A stretch of DNA of 64,000 nt from Octopus bimaculoides (lineage: Eukaryota), in contig NC_068985.1 in NCBI RefSeq assembly GCF_001194135.2, positions 49,244,605 through 49,308,604 of the forward strand. Reading direction: 5' to 3'. This document shows, piece by piece, positions 1 through 11,790 of the stretch. The first letter of the stretch is position 1; every line of letters begins with the position of its first letter. The notes beneath the pieces were generated by a model. That model was not told where the DNA came from. It saw only the letters and a list, made by a program, of their open reading frames with translations, and searched no databases. The translations under genes and the position numbers were made by a program.

Positions 1-36
<36 letters not shown>

Positions 37-889
37 CATAACAGAAAATTGGACATTTTTTGGTATTATCTATTCACCATTACACACATTTCATTTGCTA
101 ATAGGAATTACAAAGTTTTACATGTTAGATGTACTTCTAAGGAATTTTCTATTAGAAATTTTTCAGAGAGAGAAATTAAATGATAACAAATTTTACATTT
201 GGATGAAGTGTTTATATATAGATAAAATCAGGAGCTGCACAGACAGCCCCAGTTAAGGAGGAAACAGCTGGGATTTACCTACCAACTTACATAATACACA
301 CACTACAGTTAACCAAAGCATTGTGTGGCTTTGGTGGATGGAAACTGAAACAAAGCCTGATGTGTGCGTGTGCGCGTGCGTGTGTATTCATGTATAAATA
401 TATATGTCTGTACCCGTGTCTTGGCATCATAAAATAGTTGTAAATGAGTGCCACCGTCATACAAGCAGGTATGTTCATTTCCAGTCTTTTACAGCGTCAA
501 GGAAATAATTTCTTACTTGGAAACAGGGGAGGGTTATGAACAGGAAGAGTATCAGCTGTAAAAAAAAATCTGCCTCAACAAATTCTGTCTGACCCATGCA
601 AGCATAGAAAAGTGGACATTAAATGATGATGACTTAATGCTCAGCCAGAATTCATTACAGTACTTAACGTCACATATTGACAGAAAATTTATGCTATCAT
701 AAAAATGTGATGCAATCAGAATTTGAATGTTGTGCAATAGCATCAAATTTTTGATAGTATTTTTTTTTATGCCAACATGAAACTTTAGGTATCTTTCACA
801 AAAATGTTATACTCTACTAGTTAGTGTGTGCGAGTGTGTACACATATAGTTACAAGCAACTGATATTTTCTTTCTTTTTTTTCTTTCAG

Positions 890-1029
890 GTGGTCAAGTG
901 CAAGGGGATATGTATAATCCCCTGACAACCCATGCTCTGCTAGCTGGCACTTCCAGGACAACTTTCGCATTAACAATGTGCTGTTTAAGTATACTACTAA
1001 GTCAACTTTACACCCTCTTTCTTATCTGA
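890..1029 (+). CDS. Terminal coding exon of an unidentified plus-strand gene; C-terminus resembles a GPI-anchor signal or hydrophobic tail
   Basis: Strong acceptor TTTTCTTTCTTTTTTTTCTTTCAG ends at 889. Phase-1 frame reads xGQVQGDMYNPLTTHALLAGTSRTTFALTMCCLSILLSQLYTLFLI to TGA at 1027-1029. The other two frames stop within 9-12 codons. About 2 kb of SINE-poor AT-rich sequence follows, compatible with a 3' UTR. No family recognised. Confidence 0.55.
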
Positions 1030-3950
1030 TCAGATTCAACACAAACATAGTCTTAGAATTAAAACCTGATGAAGCAGTTTCAAAGACTTTAGAACTGAGT
1101 GACATTAGCTCTTTTGAACTATAACTCTTGTACTGTACATATTTTTTATCATGATTTTATTTTAAAGTTGGACATCTCTTCTCCAAAGAATTTTTAGCAT
1201 CCGCCATATTGACGAATTGGTATTGTAGTGTGGATGCCAACAAAGACTATAATTATGGCTTGGCTCTGAAATTAAAATACCTTTCTGATATTGAAGAATG
1301 ACAGTAATTATTTTAAAATTTTGATAAAACCTATTGTGTCTTGGTGTGTGTTAAATTTAAATCTGAAGAGGGGAAAAAAGACAAGCAAAAACAAACTCTG
1401 TAAGACCTCTTTATGTAAATAATTACTATAGATTTTTATATCTGTTACATTTTAAAATGTTACCATCTTAACTGTAGTATCAAATCATAGAACTTCAATA
1501 CCTCAGCTTCATACCTTATCAATGATTTTATTTCAATCAATATTTTATCTAGTTCTTTATTAATTTTTTTGCTTATGTTTGGATTTCTTTTATTCTTTTT
1601 GGTCAGCCATAAGTAATTTCTTTTTTCCTTCTGTCTCTCCTAGAAGTAATGTCAGTGTAAGTTTTGAACTCCTGTTTTTTGGATCAGAATTTCTAAGCTC
1701 TTAACACTATGTCAGCATATTTCGTATAGAACAATGAGTACTCTCCTATATATTATGAGAATGAAAAATATGTAGCCTTTTAACAACATCATTTCTTTTT
1801 ACAAAAACTTTTAGAGATGAACTCATTCAATCACGTAGGAATAGTTCTGTGTTTGTGTGTATATATGTGTGGATGTATATATATTTGTGTTGTGCATGTA
1901 TGTATAAAGTTATGCAAGTGAATCAAGAGCCAAGATTTTATTTTACTTACCAAAAATTTGCTAAGTGCAAATGCACCAAAATTTTGACCCTTGTCACACG
2001 CATACACACACGCTGCAGATAGCAAAAACATAAGCACTAAATACTAAACTGGAGTGAATAATTAATATTCTCTGACTGAGAAAAGACCAAATATTGTCAG
2101 AATATTTAGTTATTGAATTTCTCAAGTAATGTAGGGGTCGCTTTTATTAAATAACGTAGTCTTTATGGGTTATTTCTCTTATTGCAAGAGTTGTTTCCCC
2201 TTCCCATGTGATTATTAAATGTTTTCTAGTGATGCACAATGGAAAATTTTTGTTCCCTAATACTGTTCTACTATTTCATTTCTTTCTACATTCCATACCT
2301 CCTAGTAATAACTTCTCTCTAAGGCTGTCCTAAAATATATACAAATTAACATTTTCTGTACAGTTTGTAATCTTCAAGGAAAGAATTTTACTTTGGCTAA
2401 AAAAACATCTTCCTCTGACACGAATACAATCCTTTTAGCTTCTCTTTCATTTTTTCCTGCATATATACCTATATTTTAGTGCAAGAAAATATTACTTATT
2501 CCAGGTATAATGCAATAGGCCATGAACTAGTATAAATGATTTTTTAGTTTGACTTTATTTAAAGGTTCAGACTTATGAATGGATATTGCTGTTTGTGTAG
2601 GAATTCTGCTTCATATATTATTGGTGGGGTCCCAAAACTCCCCCATATGTAAAGCCTGTTCAACAAATATTTAACTGGTTGTTTCTGTTCAGACTTTATA
2701 ATTCATAAAGGAATTTGTAAATTAGAATTTGGGTTGTATATGCCTTTCCCAAATTATGATTCTATCTACAACATTTATATATATTATCGGCATTTTATAA
2801 AGCTTTATGATTTTTTCTACCATGTTCATCTTTTTCACCCTATCTAAATAAATAGTCTCTGAGATTTACATTCCTTGGATCTTTAGTTCATTTCTACCGT
2901 CATGTCTGAGGCCATTCAACAACTCTACCATCTCTTATGTCATAATAATCCATTTGTGTAACACACAGATAGAGCTAGTGGCATTTAAATTCTGGCAAGT
3001 AAGAATATTGTGTATCTATGGTTCTTAGACTCTGCATTTTTCCTAGCACTGCATGCAATAAGATTAAGGTTATTATTATTATTGCTTTACATTCTGAGTT
3101 GAAATTCCACCGAGGTTGACTTTGCCTTTCATCTTTCATGGTTGATGAAAAAAGTACCAGTCAATCACTGGGGTCAATGTAATCAACTTAACCTCCCACA
3201 CAATTTCAGGCTTTGTGCTTATAGTAGAAAGGATTATTATTTTTATATAAATTGGTAGATATGTATGCCCGTGTGTGTGTGTGTCTTGATAGATAGATAG
3301 AAATATTCTAATGTGGATTTTCAAATGTATGATGTTGAAAATTCATTTGGACAAATGCACAAGGGTAAAACAGATGTTGGTATGTTTCTTGACAAAAATC
3401 ATGCACTATGTTTGTCACAAAATTATAAAATAAAATCAGGACTTAGTTATCATTTGAGGGCCCATGATAGAAAAGCTATCAAACCTGCTGCAGGGATATT
3501 TTTGAATTAAGAGAGTGGTTATTATCAAAAAACAAGTTGATGGCTACTATATATANNNNNNNNNNNNNNNNNNNNNNNNNNNNNNNNNNNNNNNNNNNNN
3601 NNNNNNNNNNNNNNNNNNNNNNNNNNNNNNNNNNNATATTTACCCATTTTGACAATTCTTTTCTTTCTTCACTTAGTAAATATAATTCTATTTTTTATAA
3701 TAACTAAATGAATAAAATATTTTTACTTTTTAATCAAGTTTCCATTTTTTTTCTATATATTTATAGTATTTTATTTAAAATTTAGTGAAGTATTTATTTG
3801 AGTTGGTTTCAAAATTGAATTTTTGCATTTTCATGGGACAAGTGCCTTCTTTATTACAGTCCAGATTTATTCTCTAAGATAGTGACCACTGAACAAAGTT
3901 TTCAAACTGTTTGATAAACTACACTGAAGTCCTATTTCATCATCCTTTAA

Positions 3951-4470
3951 CCCTTTCGTTACTAACCCGGCCGTAGCCGTCCGAAAAATTTTTTGGTTCA
4001 TAAGACCAACCCAGCCGAGATTACCCATTGTTATTTAAATGAACCCAAATCTTGTTAGTACATTTGTTAAAACACCTGATTTCACTTTGCAAACAGCTGA
4101 GTTATTGTATCCGACATTGTTTGGCGTGATATTTGAACTCAGTGAATTTTGGAAGATATTTTTTCCACATTTTTTACGGCGTTAATTTTTTTCAACTTTG
4201 AAGATGAAGAGGAGTTTCATGCTATCAAGCAGTGATTCTGAATTTCAAGGCTTTTCAACAGAAGATATCGAGATATCGAAGAAAAGAATGAATGAGCGAC
4301 AAAAGCACGTGGTGAACGATAATGAATCGGATATTTCTGTATCCGACACTGAAAGCAGCAACGGTGACAGCGAGGATGATTAGAGAGCTATTAATGTAGA
4401 AAGTTGGTATCTCAGCTACTAGCAGTTAAGACCTGCGTAATCTAGACGGTGTTTTTAAATTTAATTATTC
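3951..4470 (+). mobile_element. piggyBac-like left-end remnant with acidic transposase N-terminus
   Basis: TTAA (3947-3950) followed by CCCTTTCGTTAC. ORF 4198-4383 is Ser/Asp/Glu-rich (SDSEFQGF..SDISVSDTESS..SEDD), as in piggyBac transposase N-termini. No right end found; right boundary approximate. Confidence 0.6.
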
Positions 4471-6094
4471 TCTTTAACCCAGGCAACACTGGGTATATCT
4501 GCTTGTGGTTGATAAAATAAGTACCAGTTGAACACTGGGGTTGATGTAATCAACTCATCCCCTCCCCCAAAATTGCTGCCCGTGTGGCAAAATTTGAAAC
4601 CGTTATTATTATTATTCATGTACAAGTTCATATATATTCATCATTTTATTTATTTGTAGAAGAATTGATGCATACCTTTGACAATTCCAGAATGCATTTG
4701 TAAAAACATTGAACTTATTTTGTGTGTGGCTTTTGGCTCACACTGTATATAATGTGTGTATGCATAAAATGAAGGCAGGCAAAAATCAGTATTTTGGTAT
4801 TCTTCATTTATTATCATTAAAGTCATTTATTATTCTTTTTTCTTTATCACACACTTCTTTTCACTCTTCTTTGACAAATAATTGAGACTTGCAGGAAAAG
4901 ACATACATTTAAACAAGACATTAGCACAACACTGAAGTGGTGAGATGTTAAGACATATAAAAAAACATAATGAGTAACAGTAATTGGCATGGCTTTGGTG
5001 ATAATAATTAACAATAATAATAAACAGCTCATATAAAGACATGTTTTTAATGAACAGAATTAGTTTGGCTTCGTTTGATTTAGTTTAAAAATAACAATAT
5101 TCTAAAGGAAAATAAAAATTTGTAAAGAAAATGATTCTAAGTAAAAATTTGGCTATAATTGATTGCAGGTGAGAGTTGTTTGTAATGATTATGAATTAAT
5201 ATGGAGTAATTTAGTCTGTAATAACAGGATTTAAATGTTGGTTAGTTAATTATGACTGAGTGAGAGCAAAATTGTGTTGTAAGAATGAAGAGATAAACTG
5301 CTCTGTAATGACTTTTGCAGTGTGGTAATTGGGCTTTAATAATTATCGAATAAACATAGTATGTAAGGGCTAAGTAAAACCAACTTAGATTGAATGTGAG
5401 TAAAAGTGATCTAAGTGTGATTAAAGTTTGTAATGATGGTCTGTTGATGTGTACGTTTATTTCAAACCTAACGATACAAAGTTTTATAGTATTTTGTTTG
5501 TAATGATTTATACATTTTGGAAACTAAATTAAAAGGAATAAAACATGGTTAAATTAAAGTCGTTGGCAATAATGATGTCTATATCATGTGTTACAGCTGC
5601 TGTTATTTACACCCTGGTCAGCTCTGACTGAACAAATCAAAGGCATTCCACCTGTGGCCATCCTGTTTTTTTTTTGTGAAGCTACATTATATAATGTATA
5701 TTTTACTTAATTTAGATAGTAGGGTGTAGTTTTGAAAGAGAATTGACTGCTATTTTCTCAATAGAGGCGTGCGAGTTGAGTGAGAGAGAAAGAGATTTGA
5801 TATTTTGTAAAGTATTCTGTTATATATATATGTATAGGATATGAGAGGTTTAGTCCACTGGTGACCTAAATGAATAAGTATGCTGTGTCAGCGTTATAAT
5901 TGGTTATCCGTTAGGTTCCAAGTTCATAGCTGAGGCTGGAGCTAGGGATCCATAGTAGGCTTCCGAGTTAGCAGGTGTATATTAGAGGAAAAAGGACAAC
6001 AAAACTAAGGCAGGATGAGTATCTCAAATCATTTAAAATATTTAATTAGAGTAAGGTGAATTTGAGGTAATTAATTAATTAATTAATTATTGGA

Positions 6095-6172
6095 TGTATT
6101 ACAGCTGTTTCTGGGATATCCCAAGTGCTAGGTTAGCATCTCCATACACTGGGTATTCCTTCATCAGAGACA
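6095..6172 (-). ncRNA. Partly decayed type I hammerhead motif with long stem II
   Basis: Minus strand reads TGTCT-CTGATGA-AGGAATACCCAGTG...CACTTGGGATATCCCA-GAAA-CAGCTG-TA^ATACA. Core intact, stem III palindrome ACAGCTGT, mismatches in stems I and II. Confidence 0.6.
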
Positions 6173-6209
6173 AGGTGAGTATGTATGAAAGTTCTAGACA
6201 TGGAATTCA

Positions 6210-6299
6210 CAGTTTATAAAGGAATAAAATAGTAGATAGAAGAATAAAGAGTAAAACTGTTTTATTCTTCTATCTACTATTTTATTCCTTTATTAACTG
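6210..6299. repeat. 39-bp inverted repeat (1 mismatch) with 12-nt loop
   Basis: 6210-6248 against the reverse complement of 6261-6299. Confidence 0.9.
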
Positions 6300-6324
6300 C
6301 CTTGGTGTTTGTTGTCCTTTTTTC

Positions 6325-6366
<42 letters not shown>

Positions 6367-7884
6367 CACACACATAGACATACATATATGTAAAATACTC
6401 CACATATCTAACAGAGAGAAAGGGAGGTTCAGTTACTATATCCTTGCTTTACTCAGCAATGTTAACATTTTTAAGAGTTGCAAAATGTTTAAATTTAAAT
6501 CACAAACTAAAACCAGTCCATAAACACCATTTGTGAAGGAGCTTACTTCTTTCTCATGCTACAAGTACTCACTAAAATACTACTAATTATAATAATTGTT
6601 TCTAATTTAGTAAATTTTGAGTGAAGGGGGATAGTTGATTACAGTAATCATTTACCCACCAGTATTTGACTAGCACTTTAATATATTGACTCTAAGAGGA
6701 TAAAAAGGTGAAGTTGACCTTAGAGAGATTTGAATTCATAACTTGGAAAACAAGAGGGAATAGCAAAAGGTATTTTGTCCAGTGTTTTAATGAGTTAGCA
6801 AATTCATTGCTTCAATAATTTCATATTAGATAGGCAAAAGGTCAGGGAGTGGAGTTTAGTTGGTTATATTGACCCCAGTGTTTGACCAGTGCTGTATTTT
6901 ATTGACCTTGCAGGACTAACTCATCTCAATAGGTTTTGAATCCAGAATGTAAAAAGTCTGAACTAATTAACACTGCAAAGCATTTTGTCCAACACTGCAG
7001 CAATTCTGCTAATCTAACCTAATCTCTTGCTTAGGTACAATGTAACAAAACTACAGATGTGGGCCAGTGAGATATTGACAGCATAAATTGGCTTTAATTT
7101 GGAATTGTAACCATTTCTGACTCAACTTAGCTGGCTGTATAGTGTTGTGCCACATATAGTACGATTTCATTATATTACCTAAGATAGATAGATACAACTT
7201 TAGAAAGAGAGAGAATTTCTGTATTAAAGTATATTTGATATACTTAAATGAAATATTTAATTTCCATGTTCATAAATTATGAATGTTTTAAATTTATACA
7301 GATTATTGATTCTGTTGTGGATTTAATTATAAGGTTTGTATGTATACAATATACTTTCAATATGTTCATTAAAATAAGGTGATTTAAGCTTCATAATGTT
7401 TCTGTTTTGACTGAAAATTTCATTGGTTATAGAACTATAAGCAACAAAAACACACAACACCTGTCAAGATACTGATTCAAAGACTAGCTGTTAATTATTT
7501 AAATATTGGTTCTAGGCTTGGCTAGTAGCAATTTAGGTATTGGTTGAGGAAATAGAACTATGGTACAAAAGTCTAATCCCATTCACACTGTAATAATAGC
7601 TTAATGATAAAGAGATCTACAACTATTGCAGAACTTTTGTCATCAGATATGGATCTAGTGACGAGTTAACACCATATAGCCACATCATAATTGTTTATGT
7701 TAGTCATTGTGTGTGTATAATTAATTATGTTTGTCTATCTCTTTCCTTCTCTCTGTCTATCTATCTATCTATCTATCTATCTATACATACCATTTGTTTG
7801 GAATAATAATTTAATATGCACACAAATCTTTGAGCTAATGTGTGTGTGTGTGTGTGTGCTTGCATGTGTGTGAGACTGAATGCA

Positions 7885-7928
<44 letters not shown>

Positions 7929-8009
7929 CTCTTTTACTTCTTTCAGTCATTTGACTCTGGCCATGCTGGAGCATCACCTTTCTAAACAAATAAGGACCTA
8001 TTATTATTA

Positions 8010-8760
8010 TCATCAAGGCAGCAAGCTGTCAGAATCATTAACACACCAAATAAAAGGCTGCTAAGCATTTTGTCCGTATCTACATTCTTAGCTCAAATTC
8101 TGGCAAGGATGACTTTGCCTTTCATCCATTCAGGGTGATGAAATAAGTATCAGTTGAGCATTGGGTCGATGTAACCAGCTAAACTCCTCTCCTAAAATTA
8201 TTGGCCTTGTGCCAAAAACTTGAAGCAATGCTGGGCAAAATGCTTAGCAGCATTTCATCCGTCTTATGGTCAGGGTCAGTAAAATAAGTACCAGTTGAAT
8301 ACTGGGGCCAATGTAATTGACTTATCTCCTCCCACAAAATTGCTGCCCTTGTGACAAAATTTGAAATCATTATTATTATTATTCAGGCGGTGAGCTGGCA
8401 AAATCTTTAGAGTTCAATAAATTAAGTACCAGTCAAGTACTGGGGTCACTGTAATCGACTTACCCATCCCCAAAATTTCAGGCCTTGTGCCTATAATAGA
8501 AAGGATTATTATTATTATTATTAAGGTGGTGAGCTGGCAGAATCGTCAGTATACCAGACAAAATGCTTAGCAGTATTTTCCTCATCACATCGTTCTGAGT
8601 TCAAATTTCATCAAGGTTGACTTTACCTTTCATCCTTTTGGGGTCGATAAAATAAGTACCAGTTGAATACTGGGGTTGATGTAATCAACTCATCCCCTCC
8701 CCCAAAACTACTGCCCTCGTGGCAAAATTTAGAACCATTATTATTATTATTATTATTATT
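8010..8760 (+). mobile_element. Head-to-tail cluster of about 4 tRNA-derived SINE copies with a Meta-like core
   Basis: Repeated GGTGAGCTGGCAGAATC..GTTGACTTTGCCTTTCATCC..GATAAAATAAGTACCAG..AAATTTGAA, mostly separated by (ATT)n. The core resembles the MetaSINE domain. Dispersed copies occur near 3065-3240, 14870-15310, 18180-18380, 18590-18800, 21270-21450, 28130-28350, 41335-41700 and 56140-56340. Confidence 0.75.
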
Positions 8761-10524
8761 ATTTAATTCCAAGGAAATTTTGTGTCAAAATATTTTTGCT
8801 TATTTAATTATTGGCTATATTTTATCAAAGCATTCCTTCCACCCCATCAAGCCTCCTCTTCATCCTCATCCTCATCACTTTTTTATGTCTACTTTCTATC
8901 TTGGCATGAGTTGGTCAGGTTATCACAAGCCAAGTTTGTTCTTATTCAATCCCTGTTTTTAAACAGGTTGGGGAACTATCACCTTGCTTGAACCTTTCAT
9001 TTTGGCATATTCACTACAGCTTGATGCTTTTCTTAATCATCAACCATTTTACAGAATATACTGGGAGTATTTTATTATGGTACCAGCACCAGAATGTTGT
9101 CATGTCCCTCAAAGATACAAGACTATGGATCCACTCAACCCTTTCCATATTTAAGATGGTATGGTGCAAGTTGAGTGAGATTTAGCTGCTCATTTTAGCA
9201 GTTTAAACATACAAATTCCCATCTCTGTTATAAGAAGTGGTATCATACTACAACTGACAAGAATTTCATTAGCTTAATGAATAAAACTCACATCCCCTTG
9301 TGATCAAAACCCATTTATGAACTGATACTCTGTCCAAGGAAAGTATTATCTTTTCAACTGTGACAAGCACTAAACACATTGGCACAGTTCCTGTTAGAAT
9401 GTTTTTGTTGCAAAAATATGTAATATTGCTTTCATGGAACATTGCTGAAGACTTTGATTTTAGGATAGTAATTCAAGATTGTCATTAATTAGATAATTAA
9501 AACAATATAAAGATTAGATATAACAATTTAGTTTATTTTTACAAGATTTGGCACAGATAAATAATATTGTTAACCCCAGGTCAGTTCTGACTGAACAAAT
9601 CTATAGTGAAAGGTATTTCCACCCTTGACCATCTCATCTTTTTTTCTGGACATCTAAGAACTGCATTATCCAATGTATCTTTCTTTTTTTCCATTTTTTT
9701 TTCTGATTTTTGTGAGACAGCAAGGTGTAATTTGAGGGAGATTTGTTTGCTATTTCATTGTTGTTTATCTGTTTGGCACTAAAAACTAGTTGGCAGGAAA
9801 TTTCTATTGATAAATTGAAAGTGATGACCCCAGCCCATCCCCATTTTCACTTCTGCCATTTCAAACCTGGTTAGATACTTAAGATTAACAGTCATTTATG
9901 CATTACAATCTACCCTCTTTTTTTCTCAGTCTCTTGGACATGCAAAAGTGTCCTAAAGGAAAGAGCCACAATTTTATATTTTGCTGTAGGCACTGCAATG
10001 TTGTTTAGCCCCCTCCCCTCAATCTAGCCATGGCCATCTCACCATTTTTTACTTAGCATAAATTTCTGGACTATATTGTCCATCATCATTACCTTTTTTT
10101 TAAGATAAGGTGTAATTAGAGTGAGATTTGGCTGCTATATCTAACAGGTTGGTCAAGAAACCACCTAGAGGTTCCTGTATGTTGTTATTCAAGGCACTAA
10201 ACTTCCTCATGTAACAATTTATTTACATAACTGAATAAACAAATAAAAAGAGAATATAATACTCTAATGGGGAAATGAAACTATATACCATCTGGTGAGT
10301 TCACTTGGTGACCTTACTAGTGTTGATGCTGCTTAAAAAGCACCCAGTACACTTTGTAAAGTAGTTGGCATTACGAAGGGTAACCATGGAGCCCTTTCTA
10401 ATGTCAACCACTTTACACAGTCCTCTAACTTGCCAGCTTCTGTTGAGTTGTCCAACCCATGTCACCATGGAAAATGAATGTTAAATGATGATGATTAAGA
10501 TATCTATATATATCTATATATATA

Positions 10525-11790
10525 CAGAGAGTTGGATAAAATAATGGAAACACCTAACATCATAGCATCATAATTTTGAAATATCTATAAAACTGTCAAA
10601 AGTTTATATATTTTTATGTTTTTTGATTTATTATTAGTGTTGCTTAATATGTTTTGCTAAAATTGCTGTTTCTTTTCAGATATCATCAGAAAAAGGTAAT
10701 TAAAATTCATTAAAATGACAGATCTATTGGACTTTCAAAGAGGTCAAATTGTTGGTGCTTGTATGGCAGGCACTAATGTAATGTAAACAGCCGAAATGTT
10801 TGGTGTATTAAGAAGTACTGTCTTGAAAATAATGAGAGCCTTTGAGAAAGAGGGAAAAACCTCCTTGCCAAAACAAAACTCCGGAAGAAAACCAAAACTT
10901 TCAGATAGGGACCATCAGACTCATGCAGATTGTTAGAAAGGATCACAAAAGTACAGCTCCCAAAATTACTGCACCTCGAAATTAATGACTACCTCGAGAA
11001 CCCAGTTTCCACAAAAACTGTTTGCCAGGAGCTGCAGAAAGCTGGATTTCACAGGAGGGCTGCAATCAGAAAACCACTACTTTCAAAAATAAATGTTGCA
11101 AAATGTTTAGAGTGGAGTAAAAACCTGCAGAATTGGTCCCTAGAGCAGTGGAAGAATGTTATTTTCTCGGGATGAGTCATCGTTTACCTTATTTCTGACC
11201 ACTCGCTGAGTATACGTGTGAAGACAGCCAAAAGAAGCATTTGACCCAGACTGCCTTCTTCCAACTGTTAAACATGGAGGAGGATCTGTGATGATCTGGG
11301 TGGGGCTATATCTTGGAAATCTGTCGACCTAATGGTTTCCCTTCATGGCAAAATTAATAGTCAAGACTATTTAAGCATTTTATCTGATCAAGTTCATCCT
11401 ATGGTTGTGGAACTGTTTCCAAAGGGAAATGCAATCTTTCAGGATGATAATGCACCAATTCACACAGCTAAATTTGTTACTGAATGGCACAAGGAACATT
11501 CTAATGAAGTTGAACATCTTATCAGCTCACCACAGATCTCAATATTATTGATCATTTATGGTGTAATTTAGAAAAACAAGTAAGGAGTCGATATCTTCCA
11601 CCATCATCACTACAAGAACTGGAGACTGTTTTAGCTGAAGATTGGACAAAAATTCCTTTGGAAACAATTCAAACTTTGTACAAATTCATAGAATTCAAGC
11701 TGTAATTACTGCCAAAGGCGGTCCTGCTCCATATTAAAATAAATTTGTTTTAAAGTTTTAAGATACTTCCATTATTTTGTCCAACCCCTG
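10525..11790 (+). mobile_element. Full-length but decayed Tc1-family DNA transposon (transposase pseudogene about 10715-11736)
   Basis: TIRs CAGAGAGTTGGATAAAATAATGGAA and the reverse complement of TTCCATTATTTTGTCCAACCCCTG, with TA flanks. Broken ORF shows MTDLLDFQRGQIVGA, IFS-DES, FQDDNAPIH and DLNII.HLW, with frameshifts and stops. Confidence 0.93.

Noticed and set aside
1065-1100. Other CTGATGA/CTGAAGA cores (also near 19981, 20922, 40170 and 62148)
   Set aside because: No stem II followed by GAAA and UH could be built. A 7-mer is expected by chance at this frequency.
8010-8760. CRISPR-like or satellite array
   Set aside because: Units are degenerate eukaryotic SINE copies of about 120-220 bp, not identical short repeats with unique spacers.
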